Assembly (NCBI RefSeq): GCF_009914755.1
Contig: NC_060947.1
Reading direction: 5' to 3' (one strand)
Source: the human T2T-CHM13v2.0 reference genome, Homo sapiens
Length of the DNA stretch: 64,000 bases
Shown piece after piece: positions 47,522 through 58,378 of this stretch. A program made the position numbers and the translations under genes. Numbering within the stretch: the first letter of the stretch is position 1; each line of letters starts with the position of its first letter. Under the pieces are notes generated by a model. That model had not been told where the DNA came from. It did not search any database and saw only the letters and a list, made by a program, of their open reading frames with translations.

Positions 47522-48181
47522 TGTATTATTCCGCTTACATACTGCTATAAAGAACTACCTGAGACTGGGTAATTTATAAAGGAAATAGGTTTAATTGACT
47601 CATAGTTCAGCATGATTAGGGAGGCCTCAGGAAACTTACAATCTTGGCAGAAGTGAAGGGGAAGCAAGACACCTTCACAAAGTAGCAGGAAGGAGAAATG
47701 CTGAGCAAAGTGGGGAAATGCCCCCTATAAAACCATTAGATCTCGTGAGAACTCACTTACTATAATGAGAAGAGCATGGGGGTAACCACCCCATGATTCA
47801 GTTACCTCCCACTTAGGTATTCTGATCTGATTGCTGACATTTAGACTTTGTTTTCCTTTTGTGAGTTTTGTTTATTATCTATTATTTTCTCCTCTAAGAA
47901 CTTTGCAAGCCCTAAAACTAGCCAGGCCTTTCAGGGGTCCTATGTGCATATCTTGCCTCCCGTCAGGAGTATACTCAAATCAGCTGGGGAAAAAAAAAAA
48001 ACTTTCTTTTTTTTTCCCTTAACTCCCCCAAAAAAGACTATTATGTAACATTTCTTGACCACACCTTCTTGTGCCTCAGAGTAAGAAAGAAAGACCCCAG
48101 TGATCCCTCCCACAAAGGTAGGGATTATGGGAACTACAGTTTAAGATGAGATTTGGGTGCAGACACAGCCAAACCATATCA
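47522..48181 (-). mobile_element. THE1D-like solo LTR interrupted by a ~280-bp templated insertion
   Basis: tgtatta...ttacctcccac [insert] ...ccctcccac...cagccaaaccatatca; TSD gctca/gctaa. Confidence 0.88.
47812..48089 (-). repeat. Inverted duplicate of 48528-48732 plus 51018-51077
   Basis: Reverse complement aligns across the THE1B insertion point; ORF track shows twin peptides FSPLRTLQALKLARPFRGPMCISCL and FSSLRTLQALKLARPPKGPMCISCL. Confidence 0.92.
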
Positions 48182-48206
48182 GCTAACTTTTGGCCTTTTT
48201 GGTTCA

Positions 48207-48332
48207 TAGGGCTCTCAGAAGGCCACTATGCTGCACAACTTCAGGAGGTACCATTGACATTGCAAGTTAGATGACTGGCAACCCCTGAAGTTGACCAGTG
48301 CACAGTCTGTGTAGCTTTATACATCAGCCTTA
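48207..48332. mobile_element. MER91-like palindromic hAT MITE
   Basis: ctgcacaacttcaggaggtaccattgacat...gatgactggcaacccctgaagttgaccagtgcaca. Confidence 0.6.
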
Positions 48333-48732
48333 GCTTTCTTAGGGGACCCTTAATGACAATTGAGAGGCAGGGGAGAAAATAAGATTTATCATGAGCTGCT
48401 GATTACAGGTTTCCCAACAGCCAGGCAAGACAATATTATGTTATGTTATTATATGCTATTATATATTATAATATTATTATGTAATGCCAAGAACAATAGT
48501 TTGGCTTCATGCTAGACAACATTAAAAACTTCCTTACACTGATGCATGAGAAGATGTGGTCAAGAAATGTTACATAATAGTCTTTTTCAGAGAGTTAAGG
48601 GAAAAAAATGGAAGCTTTTCTTTTCCTAGCTGTGTTGAGTACAGTCCTGACTGGAGGCAAGAGATGCACATAGGACCCTTGGGAGGCCTGGCTAGTTTTA
48701 GGGCTTGCAAAGTTCTCAGAGAAGAAAAGCAC

Positions 48733-51012
48733 TGATACGGTTTGGCTGTGTCACCACCCAAATCTGAATTGTAACTCCCACAATTCCCAGGTGTCCTTGG
48801 AGGAATCTGCTGGAGGCGATTGAATTATGGGGATGGGTCTTTCCTGTGCTGTCCTTGTGATATTGAATGAGTCTCATGAGATCTGATGGTTTTAAAAAGA
48901 GGAGTTCCCCTGCACAAGCTCTCTCTTTTCTTGTCTGCTACCAGGTGAGACATGTCTTTCACCTTCCACCATTATTGTGAGACCTCCCCAGCCACGTGGA
49001 ACCATAAGTCCATTAAATCTCATTCTTTTGTAAATTGCCCAGTCTTGGTATGACTTTATCAACAGCGTGAAAATGGACTAATACAGTAAATTGGTATTGG
49101 GAGTGGGACACTGCTGTAGATACCCAAAAATGTGGAAGGAACACTGAAACTGGATAACAGGCAGAGTTTAGAACGTTTGGAAGGCTCAGAAGAAGACAGG
49201 AAAATGTGGAAATGTTTGGAACTTCCTAGAGACTTGTTGAATGGCTTTGGCCAAAATGCTGATAATGATATGGACAGTAAAATCCAGGCTGAGGTGGTCT
49301 CAGATGGAGATGAGGAACTTGCTGGGAACTAGAGCAAAGGTGACTCATGTTATGTTTTAGCAAAGAAACTGGTGGCATTTTGCCCCTGCCCTAGAGATTT
49401 GTAGAATGCTGAACTTGAGAGAGATGATTTAGGGTATCTGGTGGAAGAAACTTCTAAGCAGCAAAACATTCAAAAGGTGACTTGGGCGCTGTTAAAGGCA
49501 TTCCATTTTAAAAGGGAAACAGGACATAAAAGTTCAGAAAGTTTTCAGCCTGACAATGAGATAGAAAAGAAAATCTCATTTGCTGAGGAGAAACTCAAGC
49601 CTACTGCAGAAATTTGCATAATTAATTAGAAGCCAAGTGTTAATCACCAAGGCGATGGGGAAAATGTCTCCAGAGGATATCAGAGACCTTTGCAGCAGCC
49701 CCTCCCGCCACAGGCCTGGAGGTTTAGAAGGAATAAAAGGTTTCCTGGGCTGGGCCCAGGGTCCCTCTGCTGTCTAGGGACTTGGTGCCCTGCTGCCCAG
49801 CTGCTCCCGTGATGACTAAAAGGAGCCAAGGTGTACCTCAGGCTGTTACTTCAGAGGGTGGAAGCCCCCAGCCTTGGCAACCTCCACGTGGAGTTGAGCC
49901 TGTGGTGCACAGAAGTCAAGAGTTGAGGTTTGGGAACTACTGCCTAGGCTTCAGAGGATGTATGGAAATGTCTGGATGCCCAGGCAGAAGTTTGCTACAA
50001 GGGCAGGGCCCTCATGTAGAACCTCTGCTAGGGCAGTGTGGAAGGGAAATATGGGGTCAGAGCCCCCACACAGAGTCCCCACTGGGACACTGCCTTGTGG
50101 AGCTGTGAAAAGAAGGCCACTGTCTTCCAGACCCCAGAATGAAAGACTCACCAACAGCTTGCACTGTGCATCTGGAAAAGCCTCAGACACTCAATGCCAG
50201 CCCATGAAAGCAGCTTGGAAAAGGGTTATACCCTGCAAAGCCACAGGGGCGGAGCTGCCCAAGAACATAAGATCCACCTCTTGCATCAGTGTGCCTTGGA
50301 TGTGAGGCATGGAATCAAAGGAGATCATTTTGGAGCTTTAAGATTTGACTGCCCCATTGGATTTTGGACTTGCATGGACCCTGTAGCCCCTTTGTTTTGG
50401 TCAAATTCTCCCATTTGGAACAGCTGTACTTACCCAATTTCTGTACCCCCATTGTATCTAGGAAGTAACTAACTTGCTTTTGATTTTACAGGCTCATAGG
50501 TGGAAGGGACTTGCCTTGTCTCAGATGAGACATTGGACTGTGGACTTTTGAGTTAATGCTGAAATGAGTTAAGATTTTGGGGGACTGTTGAGAAGGCATG
50601 ACTGGTTTTGAAATGTGAGGACATGAGATTTGGGAAGGGCCAGGGGTGGAATGATATGGTTTGGCTGTGTCCCCACCCAAAACTCATCTTGAATTGTAAC
50701 TCCCACAATTCCCATGTGTCACGGGAGGAACCCAGTGGAAGGTGACTGAATTATTGGGGTGGATCCTTCCTTTGCTGTTCTCATTATAGTGAATGAGTCT
50801 CATGAGATATGATAGATTTAAAAACTGGAGTTTCCCTGCACAGGCTCTCTCTCTTTTCTTGTCTGCCACCATGTGAGACGTGCCTTTTACCTTCTTCCAT
50901 TATTGTGAGGCCTTCCCAGCCATGTGGAACTGTAAGTCAATTAAACCTCTTTCTTTTGTAAATTGCCCAGTCTCAGGTATGTCTTATCAGCAGTGTGAAA
51001 TGGACTAATACA
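48733..51012 (+). mobile_element. Full-length THE1B (5'LTR 48733-49085, internal, 3'LTR 50652-51012)
   Basis: Two TG...CA LTRs, THE1-int peptides, perfect 5-bp TSD agcac. Confidence 0.93.
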
Positions 51013-51283
51013 AGCACCTAGATAATAAACCAAACCCCCAAAGGAAAAAAAAGTATAAATGCCAACAGTCAGATCAAAATATCTAAGGTTGGCAAACACA
51101 ATCAAGGCAATAACCAGACTAAAACAATAACCAGAATAAGTCAGATTGTAGACAAGTGCACTGAAATGGTGAGGAAATTGTCATTCTGGTGATCCAGCCC
51201 TGTAACTGATGACATAGCTTTATAGAAAACTAATGCTATTAGAGAAATTTAGGCCTCCTAACATTAAAGATAAGCAACATGGA

Positions 51284-51585
51284 GTTTTTTTTTTTTTTTT
51301 TTTTTGAGTCTGAGTCTCACTGTGTCACCTAGGCTGGAATGCAGTGGCATGATGGCTTACTGCAACCTCTGCTTCCCGGGTTCAAACAATTTTCTTTCCT
51401 TAGCCTCCTGAGTACCTTGGATTACAGGCATGCCCCAACATTCCCAGCTAATTTTTGTGTTTTTAGTAGAAGCAGGGTTTCACCATGTTGGCCATGCTGG
51501 TCTCGAACTCCTGGCCCTATGTGATCCACCCACCTCGGCCTCCCAAGGTGCTTGGGATTACCAGCGTGAGCCACCACGCCCAGCC
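51284..51585 (-). mobile_element. AluS
   Basis: Antisense dimer with poly-T. Confidence 0.88.
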
Positions 51586-51611
51586 AACACCATAGACTTT
51601 TATCTCAAAGT

Positions 51612-51612
<1 letters not shown>

Positions 51613-51642
<30 letters not shown>
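51613..51642. repeat. (CA)15 microsatellite
   Basis: Directly counted. Confidence 0.95.
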
Positions 51643-51643
<1 letters not shown>

Positions 51644-51911
51644 CTCAAAGGAATAAATAACCCAACGATAATTCCACAAAGCGTCTTATTAGTGAAACTC
51701 TGATTTCTTCTTTTGATTTTCCCACCATAGAAAAAGACTTGTTTTTATGTCGACTAAGGACACATTTCCTTACAATTAGGACAATTGGGAACCTTGAGGT
51801 TTGATTCCACTGAGAAATAGTGGTAAAAGAGACACTGAGCTGGGGTAGAAAAAAGAAAAATAATGACAAAGATAAAAAAAAAATACTCTAGTTGGAGAAA
51901 TCATATGTATA

Positions 51912-52087
51912 CAGATGATCCCCTACTTGTTTTGGTTCAACTTATATATTTTTTTTTATTTTACAATGGTGTGAAAGCAATAGGCGAATAATTATCAATA
52001 TAATTATATGATAAAAATATTGTAAGTATTTTCAATTTATGCAAAGTTTATCCAGATGTAACCCCATTTTAAGTTGAGGAGCATCTG
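51912..52087 (-). mobile_element. MER47/Tigger5-type MITE, internally deleted
   Basis: TIRs cagatgatcccctactt...aagttgaggagcatctg flanked by TA on both sides. Confidence 0.75.
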
Positions 52088-52336
52088 TATGTGAAACTGA
52101 CAGCACAGGATAATGATGTAATATACATAAAAGTCAGATTATTGTTATTAGGAAAAGAATACAGAATTTTGCTGTGTGATCTTGAACAAATCCCTTCTCT
52201 TCTCTCTGCCTTGGATTCTTTATTTCTAAAATGAAGAAATTGGATTCCATTTTTAGAGCGACCTGCTGCCCCTGCTGCTCTTTGGCACTGTAATTGGGGA
52301 CATTCTGCACTGTGCTAGTGTTGGTACAGACCCCAG

Positions 52337-52552
52337 GATTTCAATTATCCAGGTGTTTGGAAAGATTGATGTGTGCAGATTTCAATGATCCCACTTGTAG
52401 GTGAAATTGATGAGTGGGGATTTTTATGATTTAGATTTTAGATGAAATTGATGGGCAAGATTTCAATGATTTAGGTTTCAAATAAAATTGATAAGTGGGG
52501 ATTTTAATGCTTCAGGTGTCAGGTAAAATTGATGTGCAGAGATTTCTATGAT
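52337..52552. repeat. Diverged minisatellite, 41-bp period, about 5.3 copies
   Basis: Units start at 52337, 52378, 52419, 52459, 52500, 52541 with gattty(a/t)atgat and a(a/g)attgat. Confidence 0.88.
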
Positions 52553-52718
52553 AGAAATTTGCCTATTTCCTATGGACGTAAATGAATGAAAATATATTGA
52601 ACAGGATCAAGTGTGTGCCCTATGCCTTAGACAGTCTTGGGATCAGGCTGCCATTAAGGCTAAGTAAGCTGTTGCTTCCTGCTAACTTTTCTTATTTTCA
52701 ATCATGTCACCAGGCATT

Positions 52719-53215
52719 CGTTGTGGAACAGGAATTAAAATAAATTAAAGAATGTGTAAGCAGAAACTCAGTTGTATGTAAGAAAACCCAATTCCCCCTG
52801 AGAAAGAGAAAGAGCTGGAGTCCTTTAAAAATTAACTGCCTGTTTTTCTGTGGCTAGTGAGACTTATCTCTCCTCCTTTCTCAGGCATTGTGAAGACCCT
52901 GTTTCTCTAGCTGTGCAGCTGTAAGGTCACTAGACAGATAAACTCACGTGGTAAAACATGTTTTTCCTTGAAAAGTAAGAAATGATGTAATGTATGTCTC
53001 AATTAATTGAATAACTGTCTTTGTTTCTCACTTCTGTAATATGCTTCCCCCTGCACAGATCTCCCCATGCCCCACAAAACGCTTAAGAGGTAACTTAACT
53101 CTTTGTTCAGGGCTCAGTCCTTTGGATGTTAATCGGACTGGGCCCGTGCACCTAAAAAATAAATATCCTCCTGAACCCCATTGGTCTCTCTGATTCCTTA
53201 AAAAATCCCACCACG
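52719..53215 (+). mobile_element. ERV1 solo LTR (LTR15-like)
   Basis: ggaattaaaataaattaaagaatgtgtaagcagaaactcagttgtatgtaagaaaaccc; AATAAA near 53158; family assigned from recall. Confidence 0.7.
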
Positions 53216-53796
53216 ATTGGGGCCCTTCTATGTTCAGTATGGGTTAGTAAAAACTACAGCAAACTGAGTGTTAGGAGAAATGGATTTGAATTTCTTCTCT
53301 GTCCTGCGACCTTGACCAAGTCTCTTCTCCTCTCTAAACCTAAATATCCTCTTTTGTTAAATGGATAAGACATTTGTCATATCACATTCATAGGATTTTC
53401 TTGAGGTTCAACTAAAATGATAGAGAATGAAGTGATTTTTAGACTATAAAACATCATATTATTATGAGGTGCCCAGTCTTTTGAGCACTATAAACTGCCT
53501 ACCCTTGAAAAGTTTACAATTCAGTAGAGGATGTGAGAGATATAAGTGAAACTGAATAATAAACCAAGGTAGGAAATAATCAAATCCAAATTTGTATTCT
53601 ACAGACTAAGTGTTACAGGAATTCGGAAATGGGGGAGATCAATCCTGGGGCAGAACAGATCAGAGAAAGCTTACTAAAGAAAGAGATATCAAAAGATTAT
53701 TTTAAAACTTATTTTGTATATTTGGTCAGATTTTCTTTGAACATAGGATACCACTGAAATTAAAAAAAATCAACACAAACCACCAACCTGGTTCAA

Positions 53797-54130
53797 TTTC
53801 TTTTCTTTTCTTTTTCTTTCTTTCTTTCTTTCTTTTTTTTTTTTTTTTTTTTTTTACAGGGTCTCTCTGTTGCCCAACCTGGAGTTGTGTGATTGCAGCT
53901 CACTGCAGCCTCAACCTCTCAGGCTCAAATGATTCTCCCACCTCAACTCCCAACTAGCTAGGACCACAGTCTTGCACCACCACACCTGGCAAATATTTAT
54001 TTATTTTTTTTGTAGAGTCGGGGTTTTGCCATGTTGCCCAGGGTGGTCTTGAACTCCTGGGCTCAAGCCATCCTCTCTCCTTGGCCTCCCGAAGTGCTAG
54101 GATTACAGGCATCAGCCACCACGCCTGGCC
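53797..54130 (-). mobile_element. AluJ with (TTTC)n tail
   Basis: gctcactgcagcctcaacctc...gaactcctgggctcaagc J-type diagnostics. Confidence 0.88.
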
Positions 54131-54686
54131 CAATTCTTTCATTTTACAGATGGAAAAGCTAAGGCCTGATGCTTGGGCCACAGCAGGGAATTGGCATTTC
54201 TTGAATTGTTGGGCCTTAGTGTAATGATCCAGTCTAAAGTACTTTGTCTTTTGGTCATGGTGCCCACTTCTGAGAGTCAGAACTAAAACCCAGACCACCT
54301 ACTTGTCAAACTCCTGTGCTTTTGATGACAGACTGCTCCTCACAAGAAAGAAGCCAGGGGTTCTGGACATCTGAAATACTGGCTATTAGGAAGATTTAAT
54401 CTCACAGCATGGGCTGGAAGGACTGGAGACAGGGGAACTTGATGGAATATTGTTTCAGTAACCCAAGCTAGAGAGTAGAAAAGCCTTGACCATGGAAACA
54501 GAAAGGAAGAGAAGGAAACTGACAAAGCAAACACTTGATAGGTCATATTGATTGATGCTACAAGACAAGATGAAAGAGAAATTGCAAGGTTTGTATCCAG
54601 GATGGGGTGGGAATATACAAGGATATCCTTGACAAAGGCATAGTGGTGCGATTGCTGTGGAAGGTGACAGGGAAAAGTAAAAGTAC

Positions 54687-55205
54687 TGTCAGAGGCATTT
54701 GAACCAGAGTGACTCAATTTTCAGTGAGGGCTAGGAAAATGAAGCTGGGACTTGCTGGGCTGCATTCTCAGAAAGTTAGGTGTTCCTAACCTCTAGATAT
54801 TTACAGTTAAGGGAACAAATTAATAATGTTTACTAAACAGACCCTAACTTGGGAGTGTCCAGATAGCCCAATAACTGGAGAAAAAAGGCATTCCTAATTT
54901 TGCTTTAAAGATAATAACATCGATTCTTGCAAAATATAGTAATTAAGAAAATTAATCCTTTATCACAAACCCTTGTAGCAGAATACATCTTTCCATGTAT
55001 ACAAGCATTGTACCTAGGATGGATGCATTCCTCCTCTTACTTTCGGGAACATCCTACTCTGTCTGTGGAGCAGCTGTCTTTTCACCACTTTACTTTCTTA
55101 ATAAACTTGCTTTGCTTTGTACTGTGAATGCGCCCTGAATTCTTTCTTGCACGAGATCCAAGAACCCTCTCTTGGGGTCTGGATTTGGACCGCTTTCCTG
55201 TAATC
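54687..55205 (+). mobile_element. MER41 (C/D-like) solo LTR
   Basis: tgtcagaggcatttgaaccagagtgactc...gagatccaagaaccctctcttggggtctgga; 4-bp TSD gtac. Confidence 0.9.
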
Positions 55206-55509
55206 GTACTTTATTTCAGATAACTTGTATTTGAGATGATGGAAGAGTGTACAAGTATATCCTCCAGGTAATGAGACAGGAATTTAAGATGCAGATTGAG
55301 TAGAGATATGAAATTACACAAGGCAATGAATTTTCTGAATTAGTTCAAAGGATAAAGACTGGAGTATCTGCATGGATAAAGGGACATATAGATAACGAAG
55401 ATCCAATGCAGGAAGCCAAAACACAATGCAGCAGTCCATACATTACTGTCTGCAAATCACTGACATATATATTATCCCATGGAATTCTCATAATAGCTCT
55501 TGCAGATTC

Positions 55510-56530
55510 CATTCATTAATTCATTCATATGTTCATTCAATACATATTTGAACACCTATTCTGTAAACAATATTCTCTAAAAGGGAAATTAGATAATAAA
55601 CAAATGAGAAAAGATTAGTCAGGCAAGGATAAATAATATGAAATAAAATAAACCAGGGTTAGGAGATTGAGAGAAACAAGGGGTGCTGTTTAAAATGGGT
55701 GGTTGCAGCAGTGCTCCTTTCGAGTGGGCACCAGCTATGGGGAGTCTGTTCCTTGCAGACCCCTGACCCAGTGATGGATGAATAAATTACACTGACACAC
55801 AGATATTCTGCTCTGCCAGTCCAGCTGAGGTTGTCCGAACCGCTTACAGACTTCCTGCTGAGTTCTGCAAACAGTTGCAACTCCACCCTGATCAGCTAGT
55901 CAGACTCGCACTTATTCAGTAAGATTAATTAACAAAAGCTTGAGTCAACACCATTAGAGGGTAACTGACATTGTGGACTTCTTGAGTAAAAAGCACTTAA
56001 GCAATTGCGGTACATCAAAGGTTACTCTTAAGATTATATGAGTCCTTTCTTATTACTATTTTAATTTGTTTAACTAAAGGTAAAGGGATCAGGCTGCCTT
56101 TGGCCAGATCTATTACCAAAGTTATGCAAACTTCTCGGCCTTCCAAGATTTGTGTCTATTTCTATAACTATCTCTAATATTTCTCCTACCAGCTTGGTTG
56201 GACTCCAACAGGTGGTCAGGGAGGGCCTCTCTGATAAAGTGACATTTGAGTAATACCCTGAAAGAAGTGATGGAGTAAGCCACTCAATATCTGAGAGCAG
56301 AGCAGTCCAAGCAAAGGGGGAAAGTAGGTTCAAAGGCCCCAAGGCAGGAAGGCACCTGTGTGTTTAAAGAAGCAAGAAAGTCAGTGTAGTTGGAGTGGAG
56401 TGAGCAAGACGAGCAGAGTACAAGATGAGGCCAGAGAGAATAAGGTCATGTAGGGATTCTGTGGGCCATTATCAGGACTTTTGATTTTATTCTGTGTGGA
56501 TTGGAAAGCCACTGGAGGGTTTAAAGTAGA
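55510..56530 (-). mobile_element. L2 fragment interrupted by LTR22
   Basis: ttcattcaatacatatttgaacacctattc...ggtggt[LTR]ggtggtcagggagggcctctctgataaagtgacatttgag. Confidence 0.75.
55704..56210 (-). mobile_element. LTR22 (HERV-K HML-5) solo LTR
   Basis: Reverse strand starts tgttggagtccaaccaagctggtaggagaaatattagagatagttatagaaatagacac; perfect 6-bp TSD ggtggt. Confidence 0.88.
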
Positions 56531-57408
56531 AAAAAATGTAAAGCCACTTATGTAAAGCTATAGAACTCATGAGTAACAGTGCCAGGATCCTAACCCAGGG
56601 TGTACTGCCTCTAGGTCCACAGAGTAGTCAGAGAGGTTGAAGGAGAACTAGGGAAGGAGCAAATAAATGACTACTTTGGTAACCAAGCACCCTCCTTTCA
56701 ACCCCCTAAAAGAAAGTGGCTTTGGCCTCACAATCCTGGAAGTCAGATGCCCCCCATGCACACTATCCTCAAAACGAACCTCCTTTGTCCAACACTCGTT
56801 TCTTCCCTCCCATAGGTCAGAAAGGGGAACATATACCAGGATATTCAATAGAAAAGCTATCAAGAGATGAAAATAGAACCCTCCCTTTCAGACCAGTAAA
56901 CATGCTCATTCTTAACAGTTGCTTGCAAAATGAAAGGGTCCAAAGAGGAAAGGGCATCTATGTATGCTGCAGCCTAAAAAGGAATGATGTTTGGTGTGAC
57001 TTTTCCCAGAGAGGGACTAAAAGTGACTAGACCCCTAGGACTACCCCCTCTCTGTGGTCTGGCATCTGGCCCACTCAGGGAAGTATCCCTTGTACCTTCT
57101 GCCCATCACCTACAGAAAACATGACCCTCAAATGACTGGAGAGTGTTTCATTCTCATGAAAGTTTAGATAGGGTGGCCATCATCTCCCACTTTAGGGATC
57201 CTCACCTCACATTCAAAATGCAAGCATCCCTCAGACTTTGGGAAAAATACTTTTCTAGAAAAGGCACATCTAGGCAAATCAAATGTAAGCCGAATCTGAT
57301 GTTCCCATAAAGGTAATGTCATAACTGGAACTTAGAGACTTATCCGAAGCTTATTATTTAAATATTTATAGTAATCTACCAGAGATCTTAAAAGCAATAG
57401 ACTTCCAG

Positions 57409-57764
<356 letters not shown>

Positions 57765-57830
57765 TTACTATTTGAATCAATTAAACAGGGCAATGATTTA
57801 ATTAATTTTATATATTTAAGAATGGTTTCC

Positions 57831-58100
57831 AAAAATCAAATACCACATGCTTTCACTTGTAAGTGGGAGCTAAACATTGGGTACTCATGGACATAAAGAT
57901 GGCAACAATAGACACTGGGGACTACCAGAAAGGGGAGAAAGGGAAGGGGACAAGGGTTAAAAAACTAACGATTGGTTACTATGCATAGTATCTGGGTAAG
58001 AGGATCATTCATACCACAAACCTCAGCATCACAAAATATACCCAAGTAACAAACTTGGACATGTACCCCTGAATCTAAAATAAAAATTAGAAAAAAAAAG
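57831..58100 (+). mobile_element. L1PA15/16 3' end
   Basis: gggagctaaacattgggtactcatggacataaagatggcaacaatagacactgggg...atgtacccctgaatctaaaataaaa. Confidence 0.85.
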
Positions 58101-58378
58101 AAGTTTCCCCCTTTCCCCCAACACCAGGAGAGAAACGTACCTGTAATCTGGAGCCAAAAAAGAGGATTTTTCTAAATCAGAAAGATCAATTGAGTTCCAC
58201 AGGACAAAAGCTGCTTGCTTCAAGTTTTGTGTATATGATCATGGGTACAATTAAGGAATAAAAAAGGTAATGAAGTCTGTAATGGAGTCTCATTGACTTG
58301 AAAGTAACCTATAGGTCACACAAAACATTGAGTTCAAACTGTACCTGCTTCTTGTGGTTACACTAACAGGAAATCCTC

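Noticed and set aside
52337-52552. CRISPR-like repeat-spacer array
   Set aside because: Eukaryotic context, degenerate units with mutually related spacers and no cas genes; it is a minisatellite
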